Assembly (NCBI GenBank): GCA_016906335.1
Contig: JADEYG010000002.1
Span: forward strand, 1,426,001 to 1,490,000
Direction: 5' to 3'
Length of the DNA stretch: 64,000 bases
Source of the DNA: Novakomyces olei
Lineage: Eukaryota
Shown: one piece after another, positions 53,199-64,000 of the stretch
Layout of the letters: each line of letters begins with the position of its first letter
How positions within the stretch are numbered: the stretch's first letter is position 1
Notes under the pieces: model-generated
What the model was told of the DNA's origin: nothing
Seen by the model: only the letters and a program-made list of their open reading frames with translations
The model's database searches: none
Program-made: the position numbers and the translations under genes

Positions 53199-53529
53199 GT
53201 TGAGCCAACCAATCATAGCCCGTCTATCCCAGAGCTCGAGAATGAACCGGCACAATAAAGTGTGGGGAATACGAATGCGGGGTTGGAATTACCGTGTATG
53301 TCACGGACTAGCTCAAGTATCGAGCAGAAAGGGCGTAAACGCAAGCAATCGTATACATTAGGAGGAATGTTATGTTCCGGGCGTCCATTGCGTATAAATA
53401 GAGCGTTTGCCTTGCTGGCTGATTTAACCATTCCCGCCTAAATATTTGACGCCTGTACTCTCCGTACCGCTTCGGCCCTAACTTTTGCCCCACGTTTATC
53501 CATTTCACCCGATTCCGTCACGTGCCACA

Positions 53530-55386
53530 ATGGTAGCTCCACGCACTGGTAAGTGATTTCCGGGGGTTTACATGTCCTCCGCTTGTCCTATACATACTAC
53601 GTATGGGAGTACATACTACGTATATTCTTTTATGCCTATATATAGCCGCGTGTAACGTGCACAATGTTTTGAGGCAATTGCAAAAGACAAAAGGCGTGCA
53701 GCACTTTTGCTATACTCTTCTCTTTGAAAAATTGCTAACATGTCAGCCGGCTTGTCCGCGTCGCCGCCGGCGTCAGAGACCATCTCTGCGCTGGAGGAGG
53801 AGCTTATGACCCGCGCTCATATTGATTACCAAAAAGTCAATATTCAAGCGAACCCTTCAGTGGCAGTGTTGTACGAAGATGCATTGATATATGAGAAAGG
53901 AAGTGCTATAACAAGCGGAGGTGCACTTGCTACCTCATCTGGTCAAAAAACGGGTCGCAGTCCCAAGGACAAGCGTATCGTCGACGAGCCCGGTTCAAAC
54001 AAGGAAGTCTGGTGGGGACCGGTAAATGTGAAAATGACACCTTCTGTGTGGACGATTAACCGTGAACGAGCCATCGACTACCTCAACACTCGCAGCCGAA
54101 TCTACGTCATTGACGGCTACGCTGGCTGGGACCCAAAGTACCGTATATCTGTCCGCGTTGTTTGTGCACGGGCGTACCATGCGCTGTTTATGAAGAATAT
54201 GTTAATTCGGCCCTCGGCAGAGGACTTGAAGACCTTTAAGGCGGATTTTACAATTTACAATGCCGGTGCTTTCCCCGCCAACAGGTACACGACAGGTATG
54301 ACGTCAAGCACGTCTGTGGCTATCAATTTCGAGGCCAACGAGATGGTCATCCTGGGCACAGAGTACGCTGGCGAAATGAAGAAGGGTATCTTTACCGTCA
54401 TGTTTTACAAGATGCCGGTGCTGCACAATGTATTGACTCTGCACTCCTCCGCAAACGAGGGCCGCGAGAAGAAGGATGTGACCTTGTTCTTTGGTCTTTC
54501 CGGCACGGGAAAGACCACACTGTCAGCCGACCCTAATCGGGCACTTATCGGCGACGACGAGCATTGCTGGAGCGAGGATGGCGTCTTCAACATTGAGGGC
54601 GGCTGCTATGGTAAAACGATCCATCTGTCTCCCACAAAAGAACCGGAAATCTATTCCGCTATTCGCTTTGGCACAGTGCTGGAAAACGTGGTTTTTGATT
54701 CGTCTAATCGTGTGGTGGATTACGACGATGATTCTCTGACAGAGAACACTCGGGCGGCCTACCCGATCGAGTTTATTCGTGGCGCCAAGATCCCGTGTGT
54801 CGGAGGCCATCCACACAATATCGTACTGCTCACGTGCGACGCGCTCGGTGTTCTTCCACCCGTGTCGCGTCTGGACCACGCTACACTGCAGTACCATTTC
54901 ATTTCCGGTTACACGTCAAAGACGCCCGGCACAGAGGATGGCATTACCGAGCCAACGACGACCTTTTCTGCCTGCTTTGCTCAGCCTTTCCTGGCACTTC
55001 ATCCTATGAGGTATGCAAAGATGCTAGCGGACAAGATTTCAAAGTACAAGGCCAACGCTTGGCTTGTAAATACCGGTTGGACGGGTGGATCAGCTACACA
55101 CGGAGGCAAACGGTGCCCATTGAAATATACACGTGCAATTCTCGATGCTATTCACAGTGGGGAGCTGGCGAATGTGCCGTACGAGACTTTCCCCGTGTTC
55201 AATCTCCAGATTCCCCGCGAGTGCCCTAGTGTACCGAGCGAGATTCTAAATCCACGCGCAGCCTGGCCATCTCCTGATGATTTTGATAACGAGTGTGCAA
55301 AGCTGGCACGTTTGTTCCGCAACAATTTCGAGCTTTACTCTGCCGATTGCACGGACGAAGTGCGTCGCAGTGGACCCACGGCGTAG
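53530..55386 (+). CDS. PCK1: Phosphoenolpyruvate carboxykinase (ATP); intron 53549-53746
   Basis: [44 protein letters not shown] and FNIEGGCY. Mini-exon MVAPRT with a GTAAGT donor joins the GCTAACATGTCAG acceptor in frame. Confidence 0.97.
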
Positions 55387-55905
55387 TACGGGGCGAATGC
55401 TATGGCTGCTTTGTGTTTAATTTCAATTATTCTATAGTGTCTGCTTTAGTTTGGTGGAGTTTAAAGGATGCATTTGGCATATTTGGATTGTAGCGATAGC
55501 CTTAAAAGTGCTTGTAGGAACAAATTGTTTGTAGTCAAAAAGCGACCTCTTTTGTCGCACAATGCTTGCACTTTGCTCTGAAAAGATTGGGAGTGGGGTA
55601 AAAGTCAAAAGAAGTATGTCAGCCGTTAATCCAGTCTATTTGAGCAGTTCACTTTAAATTTAATATTTTTAATATTTAATAAAAAACTTTGTTTTAAAGC
55701 CAAAATCACGAAAAGTATCATGTGCTCTTAGAGATACTTGCTGTATTTCACAAGTATAGTGGCTGTCAAAGTGAAATCCTATAACCCAATCAATATGTAT
55801 ATACTTATGTGTAGGTTATTGTAAGAGTATTTAATGATACAATAAAATACTCTAATAATACTCTAAAGACTTTACACCGGTGTTTCTTGTTATATACCAC
55901 ATATT

Positions 55906-55915
55906 AGGGTAGGGT
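55906..55915 (+). promoter_or_regulatory. Homol-E box (AGGGTAGGGT) in the RPL13 promoter
   Basis: Exact match about 85 bp upstream of a ribosomal protein start. Confidence 0.7.
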
Positions 55916-55996
55916 TACTGGACTGCCATGTCACGCTCATTACTAAACACAAGCGCAAACACAACAACAGTATTGCCGTAAACCGACGTTGCTAAA

Positions 55997-56667
55997 ATGT
56001 AAGTGTGTGCCGTTTACGCCTTCTAACAGACAGGGCTGTTCACGGAAACGGGCAGTTGCCTAATGCGCATTTTCACAAAGACTGGCAGCGCCGTGTGAAG
56101 ACATGGTTCAACCAGCCTGGACGCAAACTCCGTCGCCGTGAGGCTCGCAAGGCCAAAGTGGCCAAATTGGCTCCTCGTCCTATTGACGCACTGCGGCCAG
56201 CAGTTCACCCACCTACGGCCAAGTATAACTACAAAGTACGGGCAGGCCGTGGCTTCACCCTTGAGGAACTCAAGGCTGCCGGAATTTCTCGCAAAGTTGC
56301 TCCCACAATCGGAATCCCTGTGGATCATCGTCGCCGTAACCGCTCTGAGGAATCACTTGCCCGCAACGTTGAGCGATTGAACGCCTACAAGGCACGTCTT
56401 GTTGTTCTCCCAAGCAAGAAACAAAAGGCCGCCTACAAGGAGGCTCGGGCTGGGCTGGAGAATGCTCAATCTACCGGCAACACTGGAGCTGCCTTCCCCA
56501 TTGTTTCCAAGCCTGCGGACATTGAGTTCCGTGCTATTACTTCAGAAGAGAAATCTGCCGATAACTACCACGTTCTGCGCGTGGCCCGCAGCGTAGCGCG
56601 CCACAAGGGTGCCTGGGACGCGGCCAAGAAGCGTGCTGCTGAAGAAGAGGCCGCTAAAAAGAAGTAA
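55997..56667 (+). CDS. RPL13: 60S ribosomal protein eL13; intron 55999-56033 splits the ATG
   Basis: HFHKDWQRRVKTWFNQPGRK, RAGRGFTLEELK, GIPVDHRRRN and NVERL. Confidence 0.97.
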
Positions 56668-57334
56668 AAGCCTTATGCATCGTTAATCATATGGTATTAA
56701 AATTGGAAATTGCGGTGTAGATTTTTGTAAACAATGTGTAGTTTTAGCATTAGATTTGACACTGTGTGATGTATAAAGACGTCGAGCAATGCGGCCTCGC
56801 TTTGCCCTATGACACACTTCGAGATGCTCGAATTGTAAAGTATTATTATCTGCGAAAAGTAAAGTTATTCTTCATAAATTTAAAATGCATACTGTTGGAA
56901 ACAGTAAAAGTAATACTGAAGGTTGATCTACGTTCAGTGATTTAGATAGAAAATTATATAAGTACAAGGTAGCACCCAGATTCAGATTTAGGTGGCATTC
57001 AAACTAATTGACTGACTTGAAAAAACATAGCTTTCCAACACATACAATAATTGAAATATAATGGTGACGGACGATATTGTAGGTGTAATATTATATTAAG
57101 GCAGAAATATTATACGACTAGAGCGGAAACACGGAACGTTGCGCGTCCGGATGCGGGTAAATGCAGACATAAAATACGTGTAAGATCATGAGATTATACT
57201 CTGATATATTACCTTAATAAATGCGATGCATATATTGATTTACATATAATGATTTACGCATATATTTATTTACGCACAGTATATGCAGTATATGACGCCA
57301 ATCTGCATGCGTATCCTCCAACAAGCCTCGCACG

Positions 57335-58408
57335 ATGATTGCGCGTAAAACAAGAAGCAGCAATGGCCCTGTTTCTGCCGCGGCTGCTATACTTGAAACT
57401 TCGCAAGGGGATACTGCTCCGTCGGAAGAGAGCCCGCATTTCGCGATTTTGCTCGAGCTTCCAGACGAAAGTATGCGACTTTAATGTACAGTCTAACAAT
57501 AGTATGGACTCTGGTATTGCGGTACTTGGATATCCCCGAGCTGTACACGCTGGAAAAGGTACTTTGCCTAAAAGGCCTTTGGAATTGCACTGTAGCCACA
57601 AACAATACAAGACGAAAAAAATTAAATTAAATTAAATGACGCGTTAAACCAGGTCCTATACTAACACGCGCAGTGTGGAGTTCGGTTACACAAACTGGCC
57701 ACAGATCCTCATTTGCACCATTTACGGCTTCACTTTGACTGCCCCAGGCGGCTCGAACAGTTCCTCAAATTACGGCCTTCACTACGCGATTTGGTAGGGA
57801 GGCACAATGCTGTTAGTAGCAACTAACAAATGCAGCAAAATCGAAATATAATCGGGCGAAACAGCGGTATGGCCCCATCGCAACTAGCGCTCGTTCAGCG
57901 CCTTGATCGGGCATTAAGACGGGCTCATTTGGAACATAAATTGCGCTCCCGTCCTCATATTCGGGAGCTAATTCAGCGTGGTGTAGTGAGACGACGGGGC
58001 AAAGGCCGTGGGCCTCCGGCGCCGGCCGTAGCGGCCCGTCTGAGAATCTTTGAACAAGCCCGGCCTAGGTCAGATGCCAATACTGCTACGGCTGATTCAG
58101 CCAGGTCTGCGTCTACTGATGACCGTATTGCTAGTACTGCGAGTGCCAGAGCGTCTAGTGCCAGTCCGAACTGCCAAAGGCTAAATTGCTCAACGGTTTC
58201 AGTGAGGCAGCTCGTACACCAGTTTTCAATGTGGTCTCGAGGCAATAGTCCTGTGCCTCTGAGCAGTAGCAACTGCCGAGGGGGATACTTTGAAGGCAGT
58301 GGGTCAGTGCGTCGTATGTGTAATTTTTGGGAGTCCATGGCCGGATCCTCTTCGCGCTGTTCACCTGCATCAAGCATGTATGCTCTTAGATCGCCTTTGA
58401 TTTCGTAG
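57335..58408 (+). CDS. F-box protein with RPEL-like repeats, 4 exons
   Basis: Spliced LLELPDEIWTLVLRYLDIPELYTLEK|CGVRLHKLATDP (F-box-like), LEQFLKLRPSLRDL|QNRNII and LEHKLRSRPHIRELIQRGVV (RPEL-like). Confidence 0.65.
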
Positions 58409-58956
58409 AAGGCCCAGCATTATTGTGTGTATTCTTCAGGCTGTTGGTGACAGCCGGGCGGTTGGCTATTGGTCATGGATTTAATTCTGTTTTCCAGCGG
58501 CAATGATATATCGATTCCAGGAGGAATGGGAAGATTACGGGAAATTATGCCATTTTTTTATGAGGTGAGGAATATGTCGTGAGCTTTGGTTGTATTGGGG
58601 GTACGGTATACAGGTTGCCGTTTAGCAGTGCTGTACGATTCAGCGATTGCTTTGCATGCTATTTTCACCATTGTCTTTACCATCAGTTATCGGACATAAA
58701 TATTTTTTTTTAGGCTTTTGGCTTTATTTTTTCAATTGTTTTGAAGGTTGCGCGGTCAGGTGGGTCATTTTGATGGTTTGTTGGTTTTTCGATTCATTGA
58801 GGTACAGGCAGGGAACACCAGCTGTCTCAAGTATACGGTTTGGACATAATTAAAGACTTGAATATATTTACGGTTGAGTAATTCAAGACAGATTAAACCT
58901 GTTTTCTTTTAGATCTAAGATCTCCGTCTCCGCCCCTCAATTCATGAACCATGAAT

Positions 58957-59939
58957 TTACAACTCCATTTCCTCCTCCGTCTTTGGCGCTGCCTGGCCAA
59001 CTTCATTCGCCTGCAATAATCCATCAATTTGTGCGGGCGACCAAAGCTTTTGGTAGAGCACTCCCTCCTCGTTTCGTCCAATTGTGGCAAATTCAACTAC
59101 ATATTAGTACACAATTTTCTAAAGAACAAAAATAATAAATAAATAAACAATAAAAGCCAGAGCATACTTTTTTCACTAGTCAATGTTGTACTGTCCATCG
59201 TCTTGCTCAGAATCTTTATAGCAAGACCGGTAACATCATCCAAAGTCATATCGTCGCGGTATTCCTGCTTCATGATAGACTGGGCGGCAGCGCTGTTTGC
59301 GCCCACACTGGTAGCCTGCCAGCCACCATAATTTCCAGATGGGTTTGATTGGTACAATTGAAACCCGTGATGCTTGTCGTAGCCAGCAAACACAAACGAT
59401 ACGCCGTACGGACGAAGACCTAAAGAAATATCGCATTAGACTATAAAATGAAACAAATGCATTTACCTCCATGCTGGGTATAGCCCTGCTTCATATTAGA
59501 CACAGCCCGCACCAATTGTTCACACGGAATATCTTCGTTGTACGTCATAAGATAGTTTTGTGCAACATTACGAGCATAGCCGATGAGGATGTTTGCGTCT
59601 GCCGTCATTCCCGCAACTGCACAAATCATATTGCTACCAATTAGCACGCGCTCGAAAATTGATAAAAATAAGGAAAATAAGGCTATGACTTACTCGTTCA
59701 GAGTGTAAATCTTTTCTGCAGAGCTTCCATGCTCAAGAAGCTTGCTTGTTACTTTACGCTCTGCTGCCAGCACGATGCCACTGCTCGACAGGATCCCGAT
59801 CGCAGTTCCAGCATGAGAAATTGCTTCCAAGGCGTATTCGACCTGGAAAAGACGGCCTGCACGATGAGATACTTTAATGCGCAGTCGCCTTACCTTCAGG
59901 AGAAAAGATGGTGGTCCGCGAGTCATACCGACGTGCCAT
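58957..59939 (-). CDS. PRE9: 20S proteasome subunit alpha-3, 5 exons
   Basis: [67 protein letters not shown] and LSKTMD. Confidence 0.96.
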
Positions 59940-60369
59940 GACGGTCTTGTCTTGTCGTTACGTATGCCCTTGCGTACGTACGTATTATAGGTTTCTGGCG
60001 AATAATAATAATAATATGCTCATTTCATTTCATATATAATATAATACGCGGTTTGCAAATAATGAATACGGTATATACAAAAAGCAGTGATCCAGTGGAA
60101 ATATGATTGATTAATATGCCTCCACACACACTGAGCCATCAGAGACGAAGGCAACAGCGTCAATGCACATTGGACGTTTTACATTTTACAGACTTACTCG
60201 ACACAATGTGAGCAGATTAGGTGCAAGTAATACGAGTAGTCTTGTACTTCAAGTTTCGTCTGATTTTGTAGCATTAGCAGGCACGAATTGAATATATATA
60301 ATATTTGACCCATTTGGCAATTTCGTACTCTCCACACGCTCAAAAGTACCATAGATCTGCAATGCGGTA

Positions 60370-62075
60370 ATGTCGCAGGACACGAATCCGCCATTGCCGC
60401 CCGGCTGGACACGCCACAAAGGTAGGCGGCCGAATAATCTGGTTTGCTTTTGCTAAATACAACGTCACAGCTCCAAGCGGCAAATGGTATTACTACCACA
60501 AAGCGACTAATAAATCTACGTACAAACAGCCTGTCGTGCAGGCAGCGCCGCCTCCAATTGTTCCAAGTACGACAAAATTTGAACAATATGCAAACCATCT
60601 AAAGCCCGATACAAAATCAAGCGCCCCTGCTACACCAGCTCGGCCTTTTCAAGAAAGAGCCAGGCCGGCCATCGATCATGGCAGGCAGAGGCCTAGCGCG
60701 GAAAGGCCACATTGGAGAAAGTCAGGTTGGAGAAAACCTGATCGGCCAAAAGCAAGGTATTTAATTTAGTTTTTTTATTTATTATTTAATTGCCATCTTG
60801 GACACGGTCTAAAACTTTTACAGGAAAGCAATACCTGGGTGTGATAGATGGTGGCTAGTAACGACTCGGCGGGGTCACCGCTTTGCGTACGATGAACTCA
60901 ATCACAGATCTTTTTGGCAGGCACCACGCGGCATTGCCGAGGCAATTGCGCGTATGCAAGACGACAAAGAACTGGCGTCCGAGTCTAACAAGCTCGAGCC
61001 AAATAAAATAGAGCCAGACTCTGAACAGGAAGCAGGAGATACGTCAGACGGCGAATCAGAGGGAGAATCGGGTTCAGAGTCTAGTGCAGAATCAGGAGCA
61101 CATTCTGAAACGGAAAGGCTAGAACCGCCGACAAAGAAAGCCAAGTCTGACTACGAGTTTGGCGAAGACGATATTGCGTGGCAGCTTGCGGCTATTGATG
61201 AAGCAGACGCAGAGGCAGTTATGTCAGATGTTTCAGAGACTGAAGAAGAATTGTCGCTTTCCCAACGGGAGGAATTATTCACAAGTCTACTCAATGACCG
61301 CGGCGCAAATCCTTACAATACATGGGAAATGGAGAGTGAACATCTTATCGGCGATCCCCGCTACAAATGTATGAAGCTAAGCAATGAATAAGGACAAGAA
61401 AATGTGCAATATGACGTCTCTGTTCATTATTGTATTTATCACAATTTGTCTTTTCCGTTTGTCGTTTCGTTTTCGTTTCGTTTCATTTTCGTTTTCGTTT
61501 CATTTTCAATTTCCATTTCATTATTTGATTTTAGAACCCATTGAGCAAACCTTCCTTCACCTTTTCTTTCTTCGCCTCTTCAGAGCTCTAACCTGATGGC
61601 AGTATTGGAAACGGGCCGGGATAGGCAAGCCCTGTTTGCGGCGTGGGCACGTGACACTGTAGCAGAGCGGGAAACCCAGGCGGTGGCACAACCGCCTTCC
61701 TCCGAGCCTCTGCAAACACCGGGTCGGGCAGAGTATATCAACTTTGTGAGAAAAGTGTTGGAGAGACAGCCGCTGTACTGGCCAGAGTTCCGGAGACGCT
61801 ACCGAAAAGAAACGGCCTTTACCGCGTATGCAGAAAGCGAAGGCTCCGCCTCACATGAATCTATTTTCCGTGCTTACAGTGAGCATTCAAAGAAAGACGA
61901 GCAGGAACGGGAGCAGGCATTACAGCAGTGTCTACGGAGCATGAAGTCTAAACACGCGATTCAAGATGTGGGCACTTTACTGCGGGAGCAAATAGAATAC
62001 TGGGCCGTGCCGAAAGAGCGGCGAGCCGAATTAGCGGAATCAGCCGGCATTAGCTTGTCGCGGAAAAGGCGGTAG
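60370..62075 (+). CDS. WW/FF-domain splicing-associated protein (Dre4/Urn1/TCERG1-like), 4 exons
   Basis: PLPPGWTRHKAPSGKWYYYHKATNKSTY (WW), DRPK...IPGCDRWWLVTT, EFGEDDIAWQL, and FF-like NPYNTWE...DPRY and YWPEFRRRY. Confidence 0.85.
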
Positions 62076-62694
62076 GTAGAGATTGCGAAACCTTATTTTC
62101 CTCTCCGCTCCGGATCGCTATCCCGATATCGTAGTAGCAAGATAAAATAAAATAAAATAAAGTATGGCTATCCAGTATAGCAGCATTAGTACTTGACCAA
62201 TCCCGTGCTTTTATTTACTACTTTTTATTCCATTTACGATATACGTTTTGCGAGCTGTGCACTAGACCCTAAAATTATCTGTGCAGTGCGCGACACAAAC
62301 ACCGTGGCAGTCTGCCAATTTACATTGGTTTGGCGTCGCTTAAATTTACCGCGTGCGCGTCCGGAACGCCGGAGGCAGTCCGTTCCGATTGTTTGAGCGA
62401 GTTTTTCACATTACACGATCAAGCGTATACTCTAAACATTGCCAATTCTCCCACGATAATAATCGGCAATAAAGTCGGTAAAGTTACCCAATACCGTTTA
62501 TGACGAGTCTAGGCTTTATACTTTTTTTGGCGAACTTACGGAATTGTGTAATGGTGCAAGCGAATAACTTTATGAGCATCTCCGGCAAATATGAATCAGC
62601 CATACTGAAAACAGAAACATTGAAAGATTTGAGCTTGAATACTCTCGAAAACGCTAAATAGGAATACGGAAAGCCAATTTAGCAGGTATCAAGT

Positions 62695-62890
62695 CAGTAA
62701 ATAAGAAATCAAGAAATCAGTAAATAAATAAATCAGTAAATAAATAAATCAGTAAATAAATAAATCAGTAAATAAATCAGTAAATCAGTAAATCAGTAAA
62801 TCAAAAATCAGTAATCAAAAATCAGTAATCAAAAATCAGTAATCAAAATCATTAATCAAAAATCATTCAATCAGTAAATCAGTAAATGAA
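62695..62890. repeat. Nested AT-rich repeats (AAATCAGT/AAAT, AATCAAAAATCAGT)
   Basis: Directly visible. Confidence 0.88.
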
Positions 62891-63319
62891 TAAACGAATA
62901 TTTAAATAATCAATCAATAAATTAGTAAACCATCAGTAAACCGATATTATTATGGACTAGACTCTTTCTAGCTCAGACGAGTATAGTGCGTATATTATAT
63001 CAAAAGACAATCTGCAAACACTGTCGGCCAACCGTACCTTTATCACGAGTGATAACCAACATAATCAGCTTATTTCCATATAAACTCCATATTCGTCGTA
63101 TACACATGGCCGTACTGCCAATTCGTGTCGGACGGCGCTCGGCCTAAATTGCACTCGCACGCCAACACCAACGCCGCTCATTGCTCGCATTCGTTCGTTC
63201 GCTGCCAAAGATTCTGGTTCAGATCTCGCGTCGCTGTTTGGCGAGACAAGCAGACTTTTGCACTCAGAGGCCGTTAAAATTGGCGTGGATTCGCTTTTTC
63301 GCCTCTACTGCTCTTTGCT

Positions 63320-63525
63320 CTCCTCTGTCCCTCTCTCTACTCTCCTCTCTACTCTAATCTACTTTTTTCTGCTCTTCTCTAATCTACTTTAATCTGCTTT
63401 TTGCTACTCTATCTGCTTTTTACTACTCTATCTGCTCTATTCTACTCTATCTCTCTATTCTACTCTATCTCTCTATTCTACTCTATCTGCTCTATTAGTC
63501 TATCTGCTCTTTACTACTCAATCTA
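63320..63525. repeat. Degenerate pyrimidine-rich repeat (CTACTCTATCTCTCTATT-like), probably intronic
   Basis: Directly visible; followed by a CTAAC...CAG acceptor-like signal near 63573-63590. Confidence 0.75.
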
Positions 63526-63590
63526 CCGCCTGCAGCAGTCTGTCTGTCTACAGAGCAATTCTACTCGTCTGCCTAACGGACCGCTAGCAG

Positions 63591-64000
63591 ATCCTGCAGC
63601 CGCGCGCTAGCGCTAACGGTCCCATGTTCTCTCCCGCTTGGGCCGGCCGTCCAGGCACGGACGCGCCTGCCGTGCAGGTACAAGCGGGAGATCCTCTAGA
63701 GGCCTTTGATCCTGGCAGCGGCCATTCCGTCCACACTGCCAGCTGCCTGCACTATGACCCTTTTGCTCAGGCAGAAATTGAGAGCAAACTGCCTTGCTCT
63801 GCCTGTGCTCAGGCTCAGGCGTACACTGACCACGCATCCTTTCCGCACCGCAGTACAGAGCCTGTAACCGCCAGCAGACTGGACGGCTTTGCTCCAGAAG
63901 CGTCCTACACCGTCTTTAGACACCCTTTTTTGCCACAGACTCTGTGCGCCTCACACGGATCTGCCACTGACCAGCCTGCTGCTTTGAAGGAGCATCATGC
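63591..64000 (+). CDS. Partial exon of a hypothetical protein running off the window
   Basis: GC-rich open frame ILQPRASANGPMFSPAWAG...AALKEHH after a branch/acceptor-like signal. The 5' exons are unresolved. Confidence 0.4.
   Translation, partial: MLQPRASANGPMFSPAWAGRPGTDAPAVQVQAGDPLEAFDPGSGHSVHTASCLHYDPFAQAEIESKLPCSACAQAQAYTDHASFPHRSTEPVTASRLDGFAPEASYTVFRHPFLPQTLCASHGSATDQPAALKEHH

Noticed and set aside
53740..55386. Alternative CUG decoding
   Set aside because: CTG occurs at a conserved Leu position (GKTTLSAD in Pck1), consistent with the standard code.
57140..62365. Identical 12-mer TGCGCGTCCGGA at 57140 and 62354
   Set aside because: Repeated 12-mers are expected by chance in 64 kb and the match does not extend; at most an MCB-like half site.

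Overview
This is a eukaryotic, gene-dense fungal (ascomycete) genomic window read in the standard genetic code. Very short introns, a Homol-E box and Fep1-, Dre4- and Rsm1-like genes suggest an early-diverging lineage such as Taphrinomycotina, but that is inference only. It holds about 28 mostly single-copy housekeeping genes, rebuilt here across their introns: GIM3 (partial), ATP5, RRB1, SPC105/KNL1, a NIPA-type Mg transporter, ERD2, SNRNP27, a FAM210/NAT2-like gene, HOM3, NOP7, RAD2/XPG, an SreA/Fep1-type GATA factor, POP4, MRPL32, SVF1, ENP2, PAN2, TCO89, NUF2, inositol monophosphatase, NOG1, an Rsm1-like gene, RSC9, a probable REC114, PCK1, RPL13, an F-box/RPEL-like gene, PRE9 and a WW/FF Dre4-like gene, plus two uncharacterised ORFs. 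I recognised no tRNA, rRNA, transposon or CRISPR array. The most distinctive feature is about 15 tandem arrays, mostly with different units (3-16 bp), in promoters, convergent spacers and introns, with in-frame counterparts inside conserved proteins. Other points are introns of 32-38 nt with a short branchpoint-to-AG distance, an intron splitting the RPL13 start codon, a GC-AG intron and a fold-back intron in PAN2, and several promoter motifs, including three CCGN7CCG sites before PCK1 and an unnamed recurrent AGCRTTACTTGC element. I found no clearly new multi-gene system.
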